Assembly (NCBI GenBank): GCA_017521485.1 | Contig: JAFXCL010000028.1 | Coordinates: 23,506 to 87,505 of the forward strand | Direction of reading: 5' to 3' | DNA: 64,000 nt | Source: Oscillospiraceae bacterium | Lineage (GTDB): Bacteria > Bacillota > Clostridia > Oscillospirales > Oscillospiraceae | Part shown: positions 38,372-49,020 of the stretch, in pieces | Layout of the letters: every line of letters starts with the position of its first letter | How positions within the stretch are numbered: position 1 is the stretch's first letter | Notes under the pieces: model-generated | The model's input: the letters and a program-made list of their open reading frames with translations, nothing else | The model's database searches: none | Told to the model about the DNA's origin: nothing | Program-made: the position numbers and the translations under genes

Positions 38372-39478
38372 TTATTCAAATGTTACGCCGCCGTGGCTGG
38401 AATCGACCACGCCCACATAGGTTTTGCCAACGCCCAGAGTGACAGGTGTTCCGTCCTCGTATGTATAGGAGAAGGAACCCCGAAGGGCATCTCTGTGCCA
38501 GATGATGGGAACGATCTGACCGTCACAGACCAGATGACCCTTGCCGGAACCGCTGAGTGTGTAGAAGGAACGGCTATAGTAGGCATCGGAGCGGAAGAAC
38601 TGCTCGGTGCTGATCACGATCACATTCCGGAAAGAAAGCTGAACATCAGCGCCCGCATCCATCATTGCACTGCCGTACTGGGATGCTTTATACAGACCGC
38701 TTTCAATGTCGAACTTGAAGGAAGTGGTTTTCGAATTCCGGAACTTCACAGTAACGGAGGTAGCAGAAGTGCCGGTGACACCGGGATCTTCTGCGAAGCT
38801 CAAACCGTGGTCGTAGCCGTCACCCTCGTAGGTGGTGTTGTAGCCCTTATCGGATAGACCCTGCAGGAGCTTTTCGCTGTTTGTAAACAGGGTGTGCTCC
38901 CAGGCGTAGCCGGAGCTGTAGCGGGCACGGTCACGGAAGAAGTAAGAGCCGTTCGTTTGCTCGTTGATATGGGCCCAGTTGGAAATGGAGTCGCCGTTTT
39001 CGGAGTAGTGGGCATTGAGGGCAAAATCGCTGCCGCCGCAGTGGATCAGCACTGCATCGTGGGACAGGGCGATGTTATTGAAGAAGGTTCTGGCGCTGCG
39101 CACAGGACCGATGGAATCCACCGTGCTCAGATCGGAGTACACAGCCAGCATGCGGGTGATGCCGCTTTCGGTTTCCAGCTCGTAAATGATATCTGCGCCA
39201 CTGGTGCCGTAGTGGGGCAGGGCAGCCCGGATGTTATTGATCACAACTGCGGTGGCGCGGCCGGTCCAAGGCTCTTCCAGCTGCTGGCCGTTCAAGGGGT
39301 GATAATACAGGATCACCGGCTCGGTGGTCTCCGGGACGGTGGTAGGTTCGGCGGTGGGCTCTGCCGTGGTTGCCGGTGTGGTGTCTGCAGTGCTGGGGAC
39401 AGTGGTTTCATCAGCGCCGCCGCCGCAGCCGCACAGAAGCAGGCAAAGGGCCAGGGCAAGACACATAAATCGTTTCAT
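38372..39478 (-). CDS. DUF3048 (YerB-like) lipoprotein
   Basis: Lipobox LLCGC, Thr/Pro linker, ADIIYE..TESGITR and GPVRSAR motifs. Confidence 0.85.
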   Translation of the reverse strand: MKRFMCLALALCLLLCGCGGGADETTVPSTADTTPATTAEPTAEPTTVPETTEPVILYYHPLNGQQLEEPWTGRATAVVINNIRAALPHYGTSGADIIYELETESGITRMLAVYSDLSTVDSIGPVRSARTFFNNIALSHDAVLIHCGGSDFALNAHYSENGDSISNWAHINEQTNGSYFFRDRARYSSGYAWEHTLFTNSEKLLQGLSDKGYNTTYEGDGYDHGLSFAEDPGVTGTSATSVTVKFRNSKTTSFKFDIESGLYKASQYGSAMMDAGADVQLSFRNVIVISTEQFFRSDAYYSRSFYTLSGSGKGHLVCDGQIVPIIWHRDALRGSFSYTYEDGTPVTLGVGKTYVGVVDSSHGGVTFE

Positions 39479-39693
39479 AAGAATCTATCCTTTCTGAAAG
39501 TGGACTACCCATATTGTAACAGAAAGGCGGAAACAATGCAAGTAAATTGTGGGTGATAAGTTTTTTCGCCACAAGATACTGTATAGCGCCAAAAAACACC
39601 GGTTTTTTTCTATGAAAACTTAGGTTTCCTATGGTTGTGCAGAAAAGAAAGCTGTGCTATAATAACCGTTACATAATGGAGGAGGAGTGGCTT

Positions 39694-40569
39694 ATGCGCA
39701 GTACAGAACTGAAAATACCGCAGGCAGATGTCTATAAGCTGCTCTGCGCCGCAAACCCCGACGGGGCACTGCTTTACATATACTTGCAAAGCGGAAACGA
39801 GATGAAAAATGCCCGGCAGGAGTTGGGTCTGAGCAAAACTCGGCTGGACTGTGCTGTTGCGACTTTGCGTCAGCTTGGGTTATATCAGGAAGAAAAGAAG
39901 CAGCATCTGGTGGGGGAGCGCCCCCAGTATTCTGAGACCGATGTGCTCAGCGCTATGGATACGGACAGCGACTTCCGGGGACTTTACGGTGAAATTCAGC
40001 GGCTTCTGGGCCGGACACTTAACACAGAGGAAATGAAGATCCTGCTGGGCTTTATCCGCTATCTGGGTCTGCCCGGGGATGTGATCTCTGTGCTGGTATG
40101 CTACTGCAAGGAGCGGGCGCGGCAGAAAGGAAGTCTGCGCAATCCCTCCCTGCGGACCATTGAGAAAGAGGCTTACGCCTGGGCAGAGCAGGGCATCGAC
40201 ACCATGGAAGAGGCGGTTGCCTATATGCGCAAGCAGAATAAACGCCGCAGCCGACTAGGTCAGATGATGGACGCGTTGCAGATCCGGGGCAGGAACCTGA
40301 CCCCCGGAGAGGAAAAATATGCCCAGCAGTGGCTGGACTGGGGCTTCGAGCTGGAGGCGATCAAGCTTGCCTATGAAAAAACCTGTCTGAACACCGGCGG
40401 CTTGAGCTGGGCGTATATGAATAAGATCCTCACCCGCTGGCAGGAGGCAGGCCTTCTGACGGTGGAGCAGGTGGAGAAAAAAGATACAAAACCCCAGATC
40501 AAAGGGGCATCCGGCAAGCTGGGAGATGCAGAGCTGGAGGCTATCCAGAGAGTATTAAGGGAGGGTTGA
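39694..40569 (+). CDS. DnaD-domain replication protein
   Basis: Two DnaD_C-like repeats (IEK.AY.WAEQGI.T.EEA; YMNKIL.RW...G..T.EQV); upstream of a DnaC-like ATPase. Confidence 0.82.
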   Translation: MRSTELKIPQADVYKLLCAANPDGALLYIYLQSGNEMKNARQELGLSKTRLDCAVATLRQLGLYQEEKKQHLVGERPQYSETDVLSAMDTDSDFRGLYGEIQRLLGRTLNTEEMKILLGFIRYLGLPGDVISVLVCYCKERARQKGSLRNPSLRTIEKEAYAWAEQGIDTMEEAVAYMRKQNKRRSRLGQMMDALQIRGRNLTPGEEKYAQQWLDWGFELEAIKLAYEKTCLNTGGLSWAYMNKILTRWQEAGLLTVEQVEKKDTKPQIKGASGKLGDAELEAIQRVLREG

Positions 40570-40573
40570 TCCC

Positions 40574-41557
40574 ATGGCATACAGTAAAGATGTGGTGCGC
40601 CGCGCCCGACAGCGGCTGGAGGCTGCAAAGGCAGACCGGGAATCGGAAAATCAGCAGCATTTGCAGATCGCTTACGATCAAGTGCCCCGAATCAAAGAAA
40701 TCGACATGCTTCTGCGCCGGTCTATGGCACTGGCGGCGCAAGCGGTTTTCACCCAAGGGGGAGACGCCAAGCTTGCTATGGAGCAGGTGAAAGAGGCGAA
40801 TTTAGCCCTGCAGCAGGAGCGGCAGGCTTTGGCACGGGAACATTTTGAGGAGGGCTTCTTAGACGACAGTCCGATTTGCGATCTGTGCGGCGGCGCCGGC
40901 TATATTGGCACCCAAATGTGCCAGTGTCTGCGGGAGCTTTGCCGTCAGGAGCAGAAAAAGGAAATTTCCTTGCTTGCATCGAATAATGAGCGGTTTGAAA
41001 AGTTCCGTCTGGATTACTATTCCGATCAGGTAGATGCCAACTACGGCGCATCTCCCCGGACCATTATGGAGCATAACTTTAACATCTGCCGCAAATACGC
41101 GGCATCCTTCGGCCCAAATAGCGGCAATCTGCTGTTTGTGGGTGGAACGGGTCTGGGCAAGACCTTTTTGTCTGCCTGCATTGCCCGGGCTGCGGCGGAC
41201 AAGGGCTATTGGGTTGCTTACGAAAGCGCACCCCACCTGTTTTCCAAGCTGGAAAAGGACCGGTTCAATCCCGATGAGAACAGCCACCGGGAGGTAGAAG
41301 GACTTGCCCAGTGTGATCTGCTGATTCTGGACGATCTGGGCACAGAGCTGCCGGGAAATTTTGTGACGGCGGCGCTGTATGCCCTGGTCAACGACCGTTT
41401 GCTTGCGGGAAAGCCTATGGTGATCTCCACCAATCTAAATATCGACGAGATCATCCGCCGCTATTCTCCCCAGATCGGCTCCCGGCTGCAGGGCAGCTTC
41501 CAGCGCCTGACCTTTGTGGGCGAGGATATCCGGGTGCTGAAAAACAGAGGTTATTAA
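40574..41557 (+). CDS. DnaC/DnaI-like helicase loader ATPase
   Basis: CxxC...CxC zinc site, GGTGLGKT, LLILDDLGTE, ISTNL. Confidence 0.88.
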   Translation: MAYSKDVVRRARQRLEAAKADRESENQQHLQIAYDQVPRIKEIDMLLRRSMALAAQAVFTQGGDAKLAMEQVKEANLALQQERQALAREHFEEGFLDDSPICDLCGGAGYIGTQMCQCLRELCRQEQKKEISLLASNNERFEKFRLDYYSDQVDANYGASPRTIMEHNFNICRKYAASFGPNSGNLLFVGGTGLGKTFLSACIARAAADKGYWVAYESAPHLFSKLEKDRFNPDENSHREVEGLAQCDLLILDDLGTELPGNFVTAALYALVNDRLLAGKPMVISTNLNIDEIIRRYSPQIGSRLQGSFQRLTFVGEDIRVLKNRGY

Positions 41558-42196
41558 ATGAAAACAGCAGTTATTTTCGATCTGGACGGAACACTCCTAA
41601 ATACCCTGGAGGACCTGACAGATGCGGTCAACTACACCCTTTCCCACTTTGGCTGTCCGGAGCGCACATTGGACGAAGTGCGCAGCTTTGTGGGTACAGG
41701 CGCGGCAAATCTGATCCGCAAGGCGCTGCCCGGAACGGACAGCGATCCCGGGTTAGAAGCGGCACTGGAAGTGTATCAGAAGTACTATGCCGCCCATAGT
41801 CAAATCAAAACAGGACCTTACGCGGGCATATTGCAGGCACTTCGGGAAATCAAAGACCGGTATCCCGTGGCAATCGTCTCCAATAAGCCGGACGGGGCGA
41901 CAAAAGCATTGTGCGCCCAGTATTTTCCCGGGGCATACGCCCGGGGAGAAAGCACCGACTGCCCCCGAAAGCCTGCGCCGGATATGGTGTTTCAGGCAAT
42001 GAAAGAGATTGGCGCAGAAAAGTGCATTTATGTAGGCGACAGTGAAACGGATGTGGAAACAGCAAAAAATGCCGGCGCACCCTGCCTGAGCGTCCTTTGG
42101 GGCTTCCGGGACAAGGAATGCCTGATAAATGCCGGTGCAAAATATTTCTGCGAAAACCCGGCAGATTTGCTGCAAGAAATAGAAAAAATAATGTAG
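41558..42196 (+). CDS. HAD-family phosphatase (phosphoglycolate phosphatase-like)
   Basis: FDLDGTL, VSNK, KPAP and GDSETD motifs. Confidence 0.9.
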   Translation: MKTAVIFDLDGTLLNTLEDLTDAVNYTLSHFGCPERTLDEVRSFVGTGAANLIRKALPGTDSDPGLEAALEVYQKYYAAHSQIKTGPYAGILQALREIKDRYPVAIVSNKPDGATKALCAQYFPGAYARGESTDCPRKPAPDMVFQAMKEIGAEKCIYVGDSETDVETAKNAGAPCLSVLWGFRDKECLINAGAKYFCENPADLLQEIEKIM

Positions 42197-42243
42197 GGGT
42201 CGGCGAGGCTGCGTCTCCTACAAACGAAAAACAGAGGAAATTT

Positions 42244-42819
42244 ATGGCAAACGAATTTTATGCGCTGATGGGTAGAATGCGGTATATTACCCGCTGGGGC
42301 TTAATGCGCAACACCTTTTCTGAAAACATTCAGGAGCACAGCCATCAGGTGGCGGTGCTTGCCCACGCACTGGCGCTGATCCGCCGGGAAATTCTGAAGC
42401 TGGAGGGTCCGGACCCGGATAAATGCGCCGTTGCGGCGCTGTATCACGATGCTTCGGAGATCCTCACCGGAGATCTGCCCACCCCTATCAAATATTACAA
42501 TCCGGACATTAAAACTGCCTACAAGCAGGTAGAGCGGATCGCAGGCGAGCGGCTTTTGGATATGCTGCCTCAGCAATTGCGGGATTGTTATGCTCCCTTG
42601 GTACTGGAGGACGATCCGGAGGCGCTGCCTATCGTAAAGGCGGCGGACAAGCTCTCTGCTTATATTAAATGTATCGAGGAGCAGAAGGCGGGCAATACGG
42701 AATTTGATTCTGCCGCCGGGCAGGCAATGGAGGCGCTGAAGAAAATGGCAATGCCGGAGCTTGACTGGTTTATGGAAAACTGCCTGACACCCTTCAGTCT
42801 GAATTTGGACCAGCTGTAA
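42244..42819 (+). CDS. yfbR: HD-domain 5'-deoxynucleotidase
   Basis: RWGLMRN, EHS..VA, HDASEILTGDLPTPIKY and ADKLSAYIKC motifs. Confidence 0.9.
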   Translation: MANEFYALMGRMRYITRWGLMRNTFSENIQEHSHQVAVLAHALALIRREILKLEGPDPDKCAVAALYHDASEILTGDLPTPIKYYNPDIKTAYKQVERIAGERLLDMLPQQLRDCYAPLVLEDDPEALPIVKAADKLSAYIKCIEEQKAGNTEFDSAAGQAMEALKKMAMPELDWFMENCLTPFSLNLDQL

Positions 42820-42942
42820 AAGCTTATGGGCGGAGAATATCCGCCCACTTTTAACAAATCTTCTTGACCGAAAATGAAACCTATGGTATACTGTTGGGTA
42901 ATATAATCGGTATACTACCAGAAAAAACAGGAGGCAATTACT

Positions 42943-44448
42943 ATGGCTTACTATTATCCGGAACCCAGCCACACCTTTAGCGAGTATCTGCTGATCCCCG
43001 GCTACACTTCAGAAGAATGTGTGCCCGATCGGGTGTCTTTGCGCACCCCGCTAACCAAGTACCGCAAGGGCGTGGAAGAGCCGGCTATTTCTTTGAACAT
43101 TCCCATGACCTCTGCAATTATGCAGTCCGTTTCCAACGACAGCCTGGCAATTGCTCTGGCAAAGGAGGGCGGTCTGAGCTTTATTTTCGGTTCTCAGTCC
43201 ATTGAGTCCCAGGCAGCAATGGTGGCAAAGGTCAAGAGCCACAAGGCTGGCTTTGTGGTGTCTGCCTCCAACCTGACCCCCGATGACACACTGGCAGATG
43301 TGCTGGCGCTGAAGGAGAAAAACGGCTTCTCCACCGTGGCGATCACCGATGACGGAACAGCCAACGGTAAGCTGCTGGGCATCGTCACCGGCAGAGACTA
43401 CCGTGTCAGCCGTATGGAAGGCAATGAGAAGGTCTCCACCTTTATGACCCCCCGGGAGAAGATGATCGTTGCGCCTGCAAGCACTACACTGAAGGAAGCA
43501 AACGATATTATCTGGGATAACAAGCTCAACTCCCTGCCCATCGTGGACGAAGAAGACCGGCTGATGTACTTCGTATTCCGCAAGGACTACGCCTCCCATA
43601 AGGCAAATCCCAATGAGCTGCTGGATTCCCAGAAGCGCTATCTGGTAGGTGCGGGCATCAACACCCGTGACTACGCCACCCGTATCCCCGCTCTGCTGGA
43701 GGCAGGCGCAGATGTTCTGTGTATCGACTCCTCCGAGGGCTACACCTGCTGGCAGGCAAACACCATCGCCTGGGTGCGTGAAAACTATGGCGACAGTGTG
43801 AAGATCGGCGCAGGCAATGTGGTCGACCGGGACGGCTTTATGTTCCTTGCAAAGGCAGGCGCAGACTTCATTAAGGTGGGCATCGGCGGCGGTTCTATCT
43901 GCATTACCCGCGAAACAAAGGGCATCGGCAGAGGACAGGCTACCGCACTGATCGAAGTGGCAGCTGCCCGGGACGAATACTTTAAGGAAACCGGTATCTA
44001 TGTGCCCATCTGCTCCGACGGCGGTATCGTGCACGATTACCATATGACCCTGGCACTGGCTATGGGTGCTGACTTTATGATGCTGGGTCGCTACTTCGCC
44101 CGGTTCGACGAGTCTCCCACACCCAAGGTGCTGGTAAACGGCGCGTATATGAAGGAGTACTGGGGCGAAGGCTCTAACCGTGCCCGGAACTGGCAGCGCT
44201 ACGATTTGGGCGGCAAGACAAAGCTTTCCTTCGAGGAGGGCGTTGACTCCTATGTTACCTACGCAGGAGCTCTTCACGACAATGTGGAGGCAAGCCTGTA
44301 TAAGGTCAAGTCCACCATGTGCAACTGCGGCGTGATCACCATCCCCGACCTGCAGAAGGATGCCAAGCTCACCTTGGTTTCTTCCGTCTCCATCGTGGAG
44401 GGCGGCGCGCACGATGTGACCCTCCGGTCCACCAGCGGCGGCAAATAA
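42943..44448 (+). CDS. guaB: IMP dehydrogenase
   Basis: CBS pair, [22 protein letters not shown] and YWGEGS motifs. Confidence 0.95.
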   Translation: MAYYYPEPSHTFSEYLLIPGYTSEECVPDRVSLRTPLTKYRKGVEEPAISLNIPMTSAIMQSVSNDSLAIALAKEGGLSFIFGSQSIESQAAMVAKVKSHKAGFVVSASNLTPDDTLADVLALKEKNGFSTVAITDDGTANGKLLGIVTGRDYRVSRMEGNEKVSTFMTPREKMIVAPASTTLKEANDIIWDNKLNSLPIVDEEDRLMYFVFRKDYASHKANPNELLDSQKRYLVGAGINTRDYATRIPALLEAGADVLCIDSSEGYTCWQANTIAWVRENYGDSVKIGAGNVVDRDGFMFLAKAGADFIKVGIGGGSICITRETKGIGRGQATALIEVAAARDEYFKETGIYVPICSDGGIVHDYHMTLALAMGADFMMLGRYFARFDESPTPKVLVNGAYMKEYWGEGSNRARNWQRYDLGGKTKLSFEEGVDSYVTYAGALHDNVEASLYKVKSTMCNCGVITIPDLQKDAKLTLVSSVSIVEGGAHDVTLRSTSGGK

Positions 44449-44497
44449 GAACAAACGGCGTGTTCGTAAGAACACGCCGTTTTTACACCCAATAAAT

Positions 44498-44575
44498 GTA
44501 GGGGAGGGGCATTGCCCCTCCCGCTGTCTTTATTCTTGGTCTGTAGTGACGGGTGGGGCACTGCCCCGCCCCTAC
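44498..44575. repeat. Inverted pair of GTAG REP-like palindromes
   Basis: GTAGGGGAGGGGCA-T-TGCCCCTCCC ... GGGTGGGGCA-C-TGCCCCGCCCCTAC. Confidence 0.78.
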
Positions 44576-44591
44576 AGGTTAACCGGTAAAA

Positions 44592-45365
44592 TCAATGAAA
44601 CAGCTGGTCAATTGACCGGAAGGTATACCCCATTTCTTCCCATTTTGCCAGAAGTTCATCTAAAATCTCTGCATTGGTGGTTGAGGTGGAGTGGAGCAGT
44701 ACCACTGCACCGTTATGGGTGCGGGGCAGGAGCTTGTCGAAGGCCTGCTGCGCGGTAGGCTGGGAATCGTTGTTCCAGTCCACATAAGCAAGGCTCCAAA
44801 ATACAGTCTGATAGCCCAGCTCCTTTGCCATTTTCAGATTTTCCTCACTGTAAATGCCCTGGGGCGGGCGGTAATATTTGGGTAGCTCCTTGCCGGTGGT
44901 GTCTTTAAATAACGTTTCCAGATCCTTTAGTTCTTTTTCAAAGGCAGCTTTATCGGAAAGCTTGCTCATATCGTAGTGATGCATGGTGTGGTTGCCCACA
45001 ATATGTCCCTCGTCCACCATTCGGCGCACCAGGTCGGCGTTTTTTTCAATGTAATTGCCCACAAGGAAAAAGGCGGCGGGTACATTGTGCTTTTTCAGCA
45101 CATCTAAAATTTTTTCGGTACAGCCGTTTTCATAGCCTGCATCAAAGGTCAGATACAGCACTTTTTTGGCAGTGGCATCTACATAGGCGGCGTTATATTC
45201 CTTTAACTCCTGAATGCTGGCAGGCCCGGTAGGCAGCTGCCCTTCTGTTCGGAAACACAGTCCCCAAGCGCCGGTTTCCAGCGCACCGCCGGCAAACTGG
45301 CTCACAGCTAAAGCAATTGCGGCACAAAGCGCACCCAGCAATATAAATAGATCCTTTTTTCTCAT
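44592..45365 (-). CDS. pdaA: Polysaccharide deacetylase (spore delta-lactam de-N-acetylase PdaA-like)
   Basis: YLTFDAGYENG, GNHT.HH, YRPPQG, FWSLAY.DW and HNGA.VLLH motifs. Confidence 0.85.
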   Translation of the reverse strand: MRKKDLFILLGALCAAIALAVSQFAGGALETGAWGLCFRTEGQLPTGPASIQELKEYNAAYVDATAKKVLYLTFDAGYENGCTEKILDVLKKHNVPAAFFLVGNYIEKNADLVRRMVDEGHIVGNHTMHHYDMSKLSDKAAFEKELKDLETLFKDTTGKELPKYYRPPQGIYSEENLKMAKELGYQTVFWSLAYVDWNNDSQPTAQQAFDKLLPRTHNGAVVLLHSTSTTNAEILDELLAKWEEMGYTFRSIDQLFH

Positions 45366-45466
45366 TGCGATCATCCCCCTTGGGACAATCTATGCAGAGG
45401 AAATGGGGAAAATGCAAAGAAAAAACACCTGTGCAGAAGCTGTACAGGTGTTTTGGTTTACATAAC

Positions 45467-46852
45467 TTATTTGTTCTTCAGGTATTCGTCGATGGCGGCG
45501 GCGCCCTTTTTGCCTGCGCCCATTGCCAGAATGACAGTAGCCGCGCCGGTGACTGCGTCACCGCCGGCAAACACGCCGTCACGGGTGGTCATTTCCTTTT
45601 CATTGACGATCAGACCGCCCTTGCGATTAGTTTCCAGACCGGGGGTGGTGGAGCGGATCAGGGGGTTGGGGTTTGTACCCAAGGACATGATCACCGTATC
45701 CACATCCAGAATAAATTCGGAATCCGGTACTTCGATGGGACGGCGGCGACCGGAGGCATCCGGCTCGCCCAGCTCCATGCGGATACACTTCATACCGCAA
45801 ACTCTGCCATTCTCATCACCGATGATCTCCACAGGGTTACACAGGGTCTTAAACTCGATACCCTCTTCCTTGGCGTGGTGCTTTTCCTCTGCACGGGCAG
45901 GCATTTCTGCCTCGCCCCGGCGGTAGACCACATAAACATTGTCAGCGCCCAGACGCATGGCACAGCGGGCGGCATCCATTGCCACGTTACCGCCGCCAAC
46001 CACGGCAACCGCCTTGGACTTAATGATGGGTGTGTCGTAACTGTCGTCGTAAGCCTTCATCAGGTTGGTACGGGTCAGGTACTCGTTGGCAGACATAACG
46101 CCCACCAGAGATTCACCGGGGATATTCATAAACATAGGCAGACCTGCACCGGAGCCTACGAACACAGCCTTATAGCCCATTTCGAACAGCTCATCGATGG
46201 TCAGAACCCGTCCGATCACCATATTGGTCATCACTTCCACGCCCTGGGAGACCAGCTTGGCAACCTCGTTGGCAACGATCGCCTTGGGCAGACGGAATTC
46301 AGGGATGCCGTACACCAGAACGCCGCCGGCAGTGTGAAGTGCTTCAAACACAGTGACCTGATAGCCCCGTTTTGCCAGGTCGGATGCGCAGGTTAGACCC
46401 GCAGGACCAGAACCTACCACAGCTACCTTGATGCCGTTAGACTCCACCTTTTCGGGCATTGCGTTCACATTTTCCCGATACCAGTCAGCCACAAACCGTT
46501 CCAGTCTGCCGATGGCAACCGGCTCACCCTTCACGCCCCGGACACAGCGGCATTCGCACTGGCTTTCCTGGGGACAGACCCGACCGGACAGAGCGGGCAG
46601 GGCGTTGGTGGAGGTTACGATCTCATAGGCAGCCTTGAAGTCGCCCTCTTGAATCTTTTTGATAAATTCCGGAATGCGTACATTCACCGGGCAGCCTTCC
46701 ACGCACTTGGGGTTCTTACAGCCCAGGCAGCGGTTTGCTTCCTCGATCGCCATTTCGGCGGTGTAGCCGATAGCTACCTCCTGGAAATTGCGGGCACGGA
46801 CCTTGGGATCCTGCTCCGGCATGGGAGTTTTTACTAAAGTCATATTCGCCAT
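45467..46852 (-). CDS. nfnB: Electron-bifurcating transhydrogenase large subunit (NfnB/SudA, GltD-like)
   Basis: Fe-S cysteines RCLGC..PKC..GCP and GRVCPQE; GSGPAG, GGGNVAMD; paired with nfnA and no gltB nearby. Confidence 0.85.
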   Translation of the reverse strand: MANMTLVKTPMPEQDPKVRARNFQEVAIGYTAEMAIEEANRCLGCKNPKCVEGCPVNVRIPEFIKKIQEGDFKAAYEIVTSTNALPALSGRVCPQESQCECRCVRGVKGEPVAIGRLERFVADWYRENVNAMPEKVESNGIKVAVVGSGPAGLTCASDLAKRGYQVTVFEALHTAGGVLVYGIPEFRLPKAIVANEVAKLVSQGVEVMTNMVIGRVLTIDELFEMGYKAVFVGSGAGLPMFMNIPGESLVGVMSANEYLTRTNLMKAYDDSYDTPIIKSKAVAVVGGGNVAMDAARCAMRLGADNVYVVYRRGEAEMPARAEEKHHAKEEGIEFKTLCNPVEIIGDENGRVCGMKCIRMELGEPDASGRRRPIEVPDSEFILDVDTVIMSLGTNPNPLIRSTTPGLETNRKGGLIVNEKEMTTRDGVFAGGDAVTGAATVILAMGAGKKGAAAIDEYLKNK

Positions 46853-46865
46853 TGCAGTTTCCTCC

Positions 46866-47720
46866 TTATTTGATCAGGGCTTTGCCCATTGCGTCCATAC
46901 GGCAGGCGTGGCTTTCTTTCACCTGGGCTTCCCGGTTGCGGTATGTAGCATTGCGGCTCATCAGCTCCGCAAAATCCACCTGATGACCGTCAAATTCCGG
47001 TCCGTCCACGCAGGCAAACTTCACTTCGCCGCCCACAGTGACACGGCAGCCGCCGCACATACCGGTGCCGTCCACCATAACCGGGTTCAAAGACACCATG
47101 GTGTGTGTGCCGAAGGGCTTGGTAGTCAGGGCTACAAACTTCATCATAGGAATCGGTCCAATGGCAAGGACCTCGTCAAACTGCTCGCCCTTTTCCAGCA
47201 TCTCCTTCAGAGGCTGGGTCACCAGACCGTGCTGGCCGTAAGAGCCGTCGTCGGTCATCAGGATCAGCCGGTCTGCAACAGCCTTAAATTCCTCTTCCAG
47301 AATCACAATGTCCTTGCTGCGGAAGCCAACGATAACAGTAACCTCCGCACCTGCTTCCTTAAAAGCTCTTGCAGAGGGCAGTGCGATGGCACAGCCAACG
47401 CCGCCGCCAACCACGCAAACCTTCTTCTTGCCCTCTACGGGAGTGGGCTTGCCCAGAGGACCAACAAAGTCCCGGATATAGTCACCCTCATTGAGATTGC
47501 CAAGAGCGATGGTGGCAAAGCCGACCTTCTGGAAAATGATGGTAACCGTACCCTTTTCCCGGTCGTATCCGGCAATGGTCAGGGGAACACGCTCACCCTG
47601 CTCATCCAGACGGAAAATAATAAACTGACCGGCCTTTGCTTTTTTAGCAATAAAGGGCGCTTCGATCTCCATTAAGGTGACCGCGCTGTTGAGTTCTTTC
47701 TTGCGAACAATCTTAAACAT
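46866..47720 (-). CDS. nfnA: Transhydrogenase small subunit (NfnA/SudB)
   Basis: GERVPLTI, GGGVG, DGTGMCGGCRV and CVDGPEF motifs. Confidence 0.88.
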   Translation of the reverse strand: MFKIVRKKELNSAVTLMEIEAPFIAKKAKAGQFIIFRLDEQGERVPLTIAGYDREKGTVTIIFQKVGFATIALGNLNEGDYIRDFVGPLGKPTPVEGKKKVCVVGGGVGCAIALPSARAFKEAGAEVTVIVGFRSKDIVILEEEFKAVADRLILMTDDGSYGQHGLVTQPLKEMLEKGEQFDEVLAIGPIPMMKFVALTTKPFGTHTMVSLNPVMVDGTGMCGGCRVTVGGEVKFACVDGPEFDGHQVDFAELMSRNATYRNREAQVKESHACRMDAMGKALIK

Positions 47721-47782
47721 TGGTATCTTTCCCTTTCGCGATATATTATCGGTAAAAACGTATCTATTATAGGTTTTTTTCC

Positions 47783-48292
47783 TTAATTTGTCAATGTCTC
47801 CTGCACCTGAATTTTTTGCAAATAATCCATAAATTCTGCCTGATTATTGCCAAACGCTTCTGTGGGGCAGTAGAACTGGACACACCAGAAGTTTTCACCG
47901 GACATAAACACACCGCAAAGGTAGGAAAGCTCAGTTTCTTCCGCATTTGCTGTGTAGGTAAAGGTGACAAGCTCACCTAACTTGCCTACCTGGCTGTCAA
48001 GACCGTTTGTCTCCACAAACAGCATTGCATATTTTTCTGCGTTGATATCAGGGTAATAGGCCTCCAGAGCTGCCCGGCTTTCGCTGATTGCCAGCACAGC
48101 CTCATTTTCGAAGCCGTAAACAAAGGAGAATCCGGCGGCATAGTCCTGATCGCTCAAGTCCACATAGCTTGCAGGCAGGGTGAGGACCAGCTCACCACAG
48201 GTGACCGTCTGCTTTTTCTGCAGGGCATCACAGCCGCCAAGCAAAAGGCAGAGGGCAAGGACTGCGCACAGAACTCTGAGGGATCTGGGCAT
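47783..48292 (-). CDS. Hypothetical lipoprotein
   Basis: Signal peptide with lipobox LLGGC; 1 nt after mscL stop. Confidence 0.7.
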   Translation of the reverse strand: MPRSLRVLCAVLALCLLLGGCDALQKKQTVTCGELVLTLPASYVDLSDQDYAAGFSFVYGFENEAVLAISESRAALEAYYPDINAEKYAMLFVETNGLDSQVGKLGELVTFTYTANAEETELSYLCGVFMSGENFWCVQFYCPTEAFGNNQAEFMDYLQKIQVQETLTN

Positions 48293-48293
48293 A

Positions 48294-48737
48294 TCAGTTC
48301 TTCTCCTTCAGCAGATCGCGGATCTCGGTGAGCAGGACTTCCTCGGCAGAGGGGGCGGGGGGAGCAGCCTCCACCACTTCTTCTTCCTTCTTCTTCTCTG
48401 CCAGGGACTTGGCGGTGTTGATGCCCTTGACCACCATAAACACAACAAAGGCGATCAGAACAAAGTCGATAATGGTAGCCACCAGATTGCCAAAACCGAT
48501 GGTAATTGCCTGCTGCACCACAGCGCCGGTTTCGTCCAGAACCTCAGGGCGGACCAGAAGGTTCAGGGCGGTCATATCCCGGGTGCCAAACAGCCAGCCG
48601 ATAAAGGGCATAAACACGTCGTTTACCAGAGAGGTGGTGATCTTGCCGAAGGCTGTGGCGATGATGACACCGATCGCCATATCGATCACGTTGCCGCGGG
48701 CGATAAATTCACGGAATTCTTTTACAAACTTTTTCAT
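48294..48737 (-). CDS. mscL: Large-conductance mechanosensitive channel
   Basis: EFREFIARGNVIDMAIGVII and LLTEIRDLL; ATG 48737. Confidence 0.95.
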   Translation of the reverse strand: MKKFVKEFREFIARGNVIDMAIGVIIATAFGKITTSLVNDVFMPFIGWLFGTRDMTALNLLVRPEVLDETGAVVQQAITIGFGNLVATIIDFVLIAFVVFMVVKGINTAKSLAEKKKEEEVVEAAPPAPSAEEVLLTEIRDLLKEKN

Positions 48738-48802
48738 AATAATTTCCTTCTTTCGGTTTACATAATATCCGGAAACAAATCCGGGGAAATACAAACAAAT
48801 GA

Positions 48803-49006
48803 CTAGACGTCGATGATGTTGTCGTCCCCTTCGGGGATCACCATGGCGCAAATCAGATAGATCAGAATACCCGACCCGTAGAAAAAGGCGAGAATTGCCC
48901 AAAGCACCCGGATAATGGTGGGGTCAATGTTCAAATACCGCCCAAAACCGCCGCACACACCGGCGATCTGCTTGTTGGTATTGCTGCGATACAGTCTTCT
49001 TTTCAT
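48803..49006 (-). CDS. PspC-domain protein
   Basis: RLYRS..NK.IAGVCGG...Y.NIDPT.IR; Y.I...VIPE. Confidence 0.9.
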   Translation of the reverse strand: MKRRLYRSNTNKQIAGVCGGFGRYLNIDPTIIRVLWAILAFFYGSGILIYLICAMVIPEGDDNIIDV

Positions 49007-49020
49007 AGTTGGAAACCTCA

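Noticed and set aside
39546-39573. TTGTGG...CCACAA upstream of the dnaD-like gene as DnaA boxes
   Set aside because: Only 5-6 nt match the box; it is a short inverted repeat of uncertain meaning
39694-41557. dnaD/dnaC pair as a prophage or IS21 istB module
   Set aside because: No integrase, phage or istA genes; embedded in a housekeeping operon
42880-42942. Purine riboswitch upstream of guaB
   Set aside because: Leader after the TTGACC-N17-TATACT promoter is too short and lacks the conserved core and P2/P3 stems
45467-46852. Glutamate synthase small subunit
   Set aside because: No gltB large subunit; paired with an NfnA/SudB-type gene, which fits NfnAB
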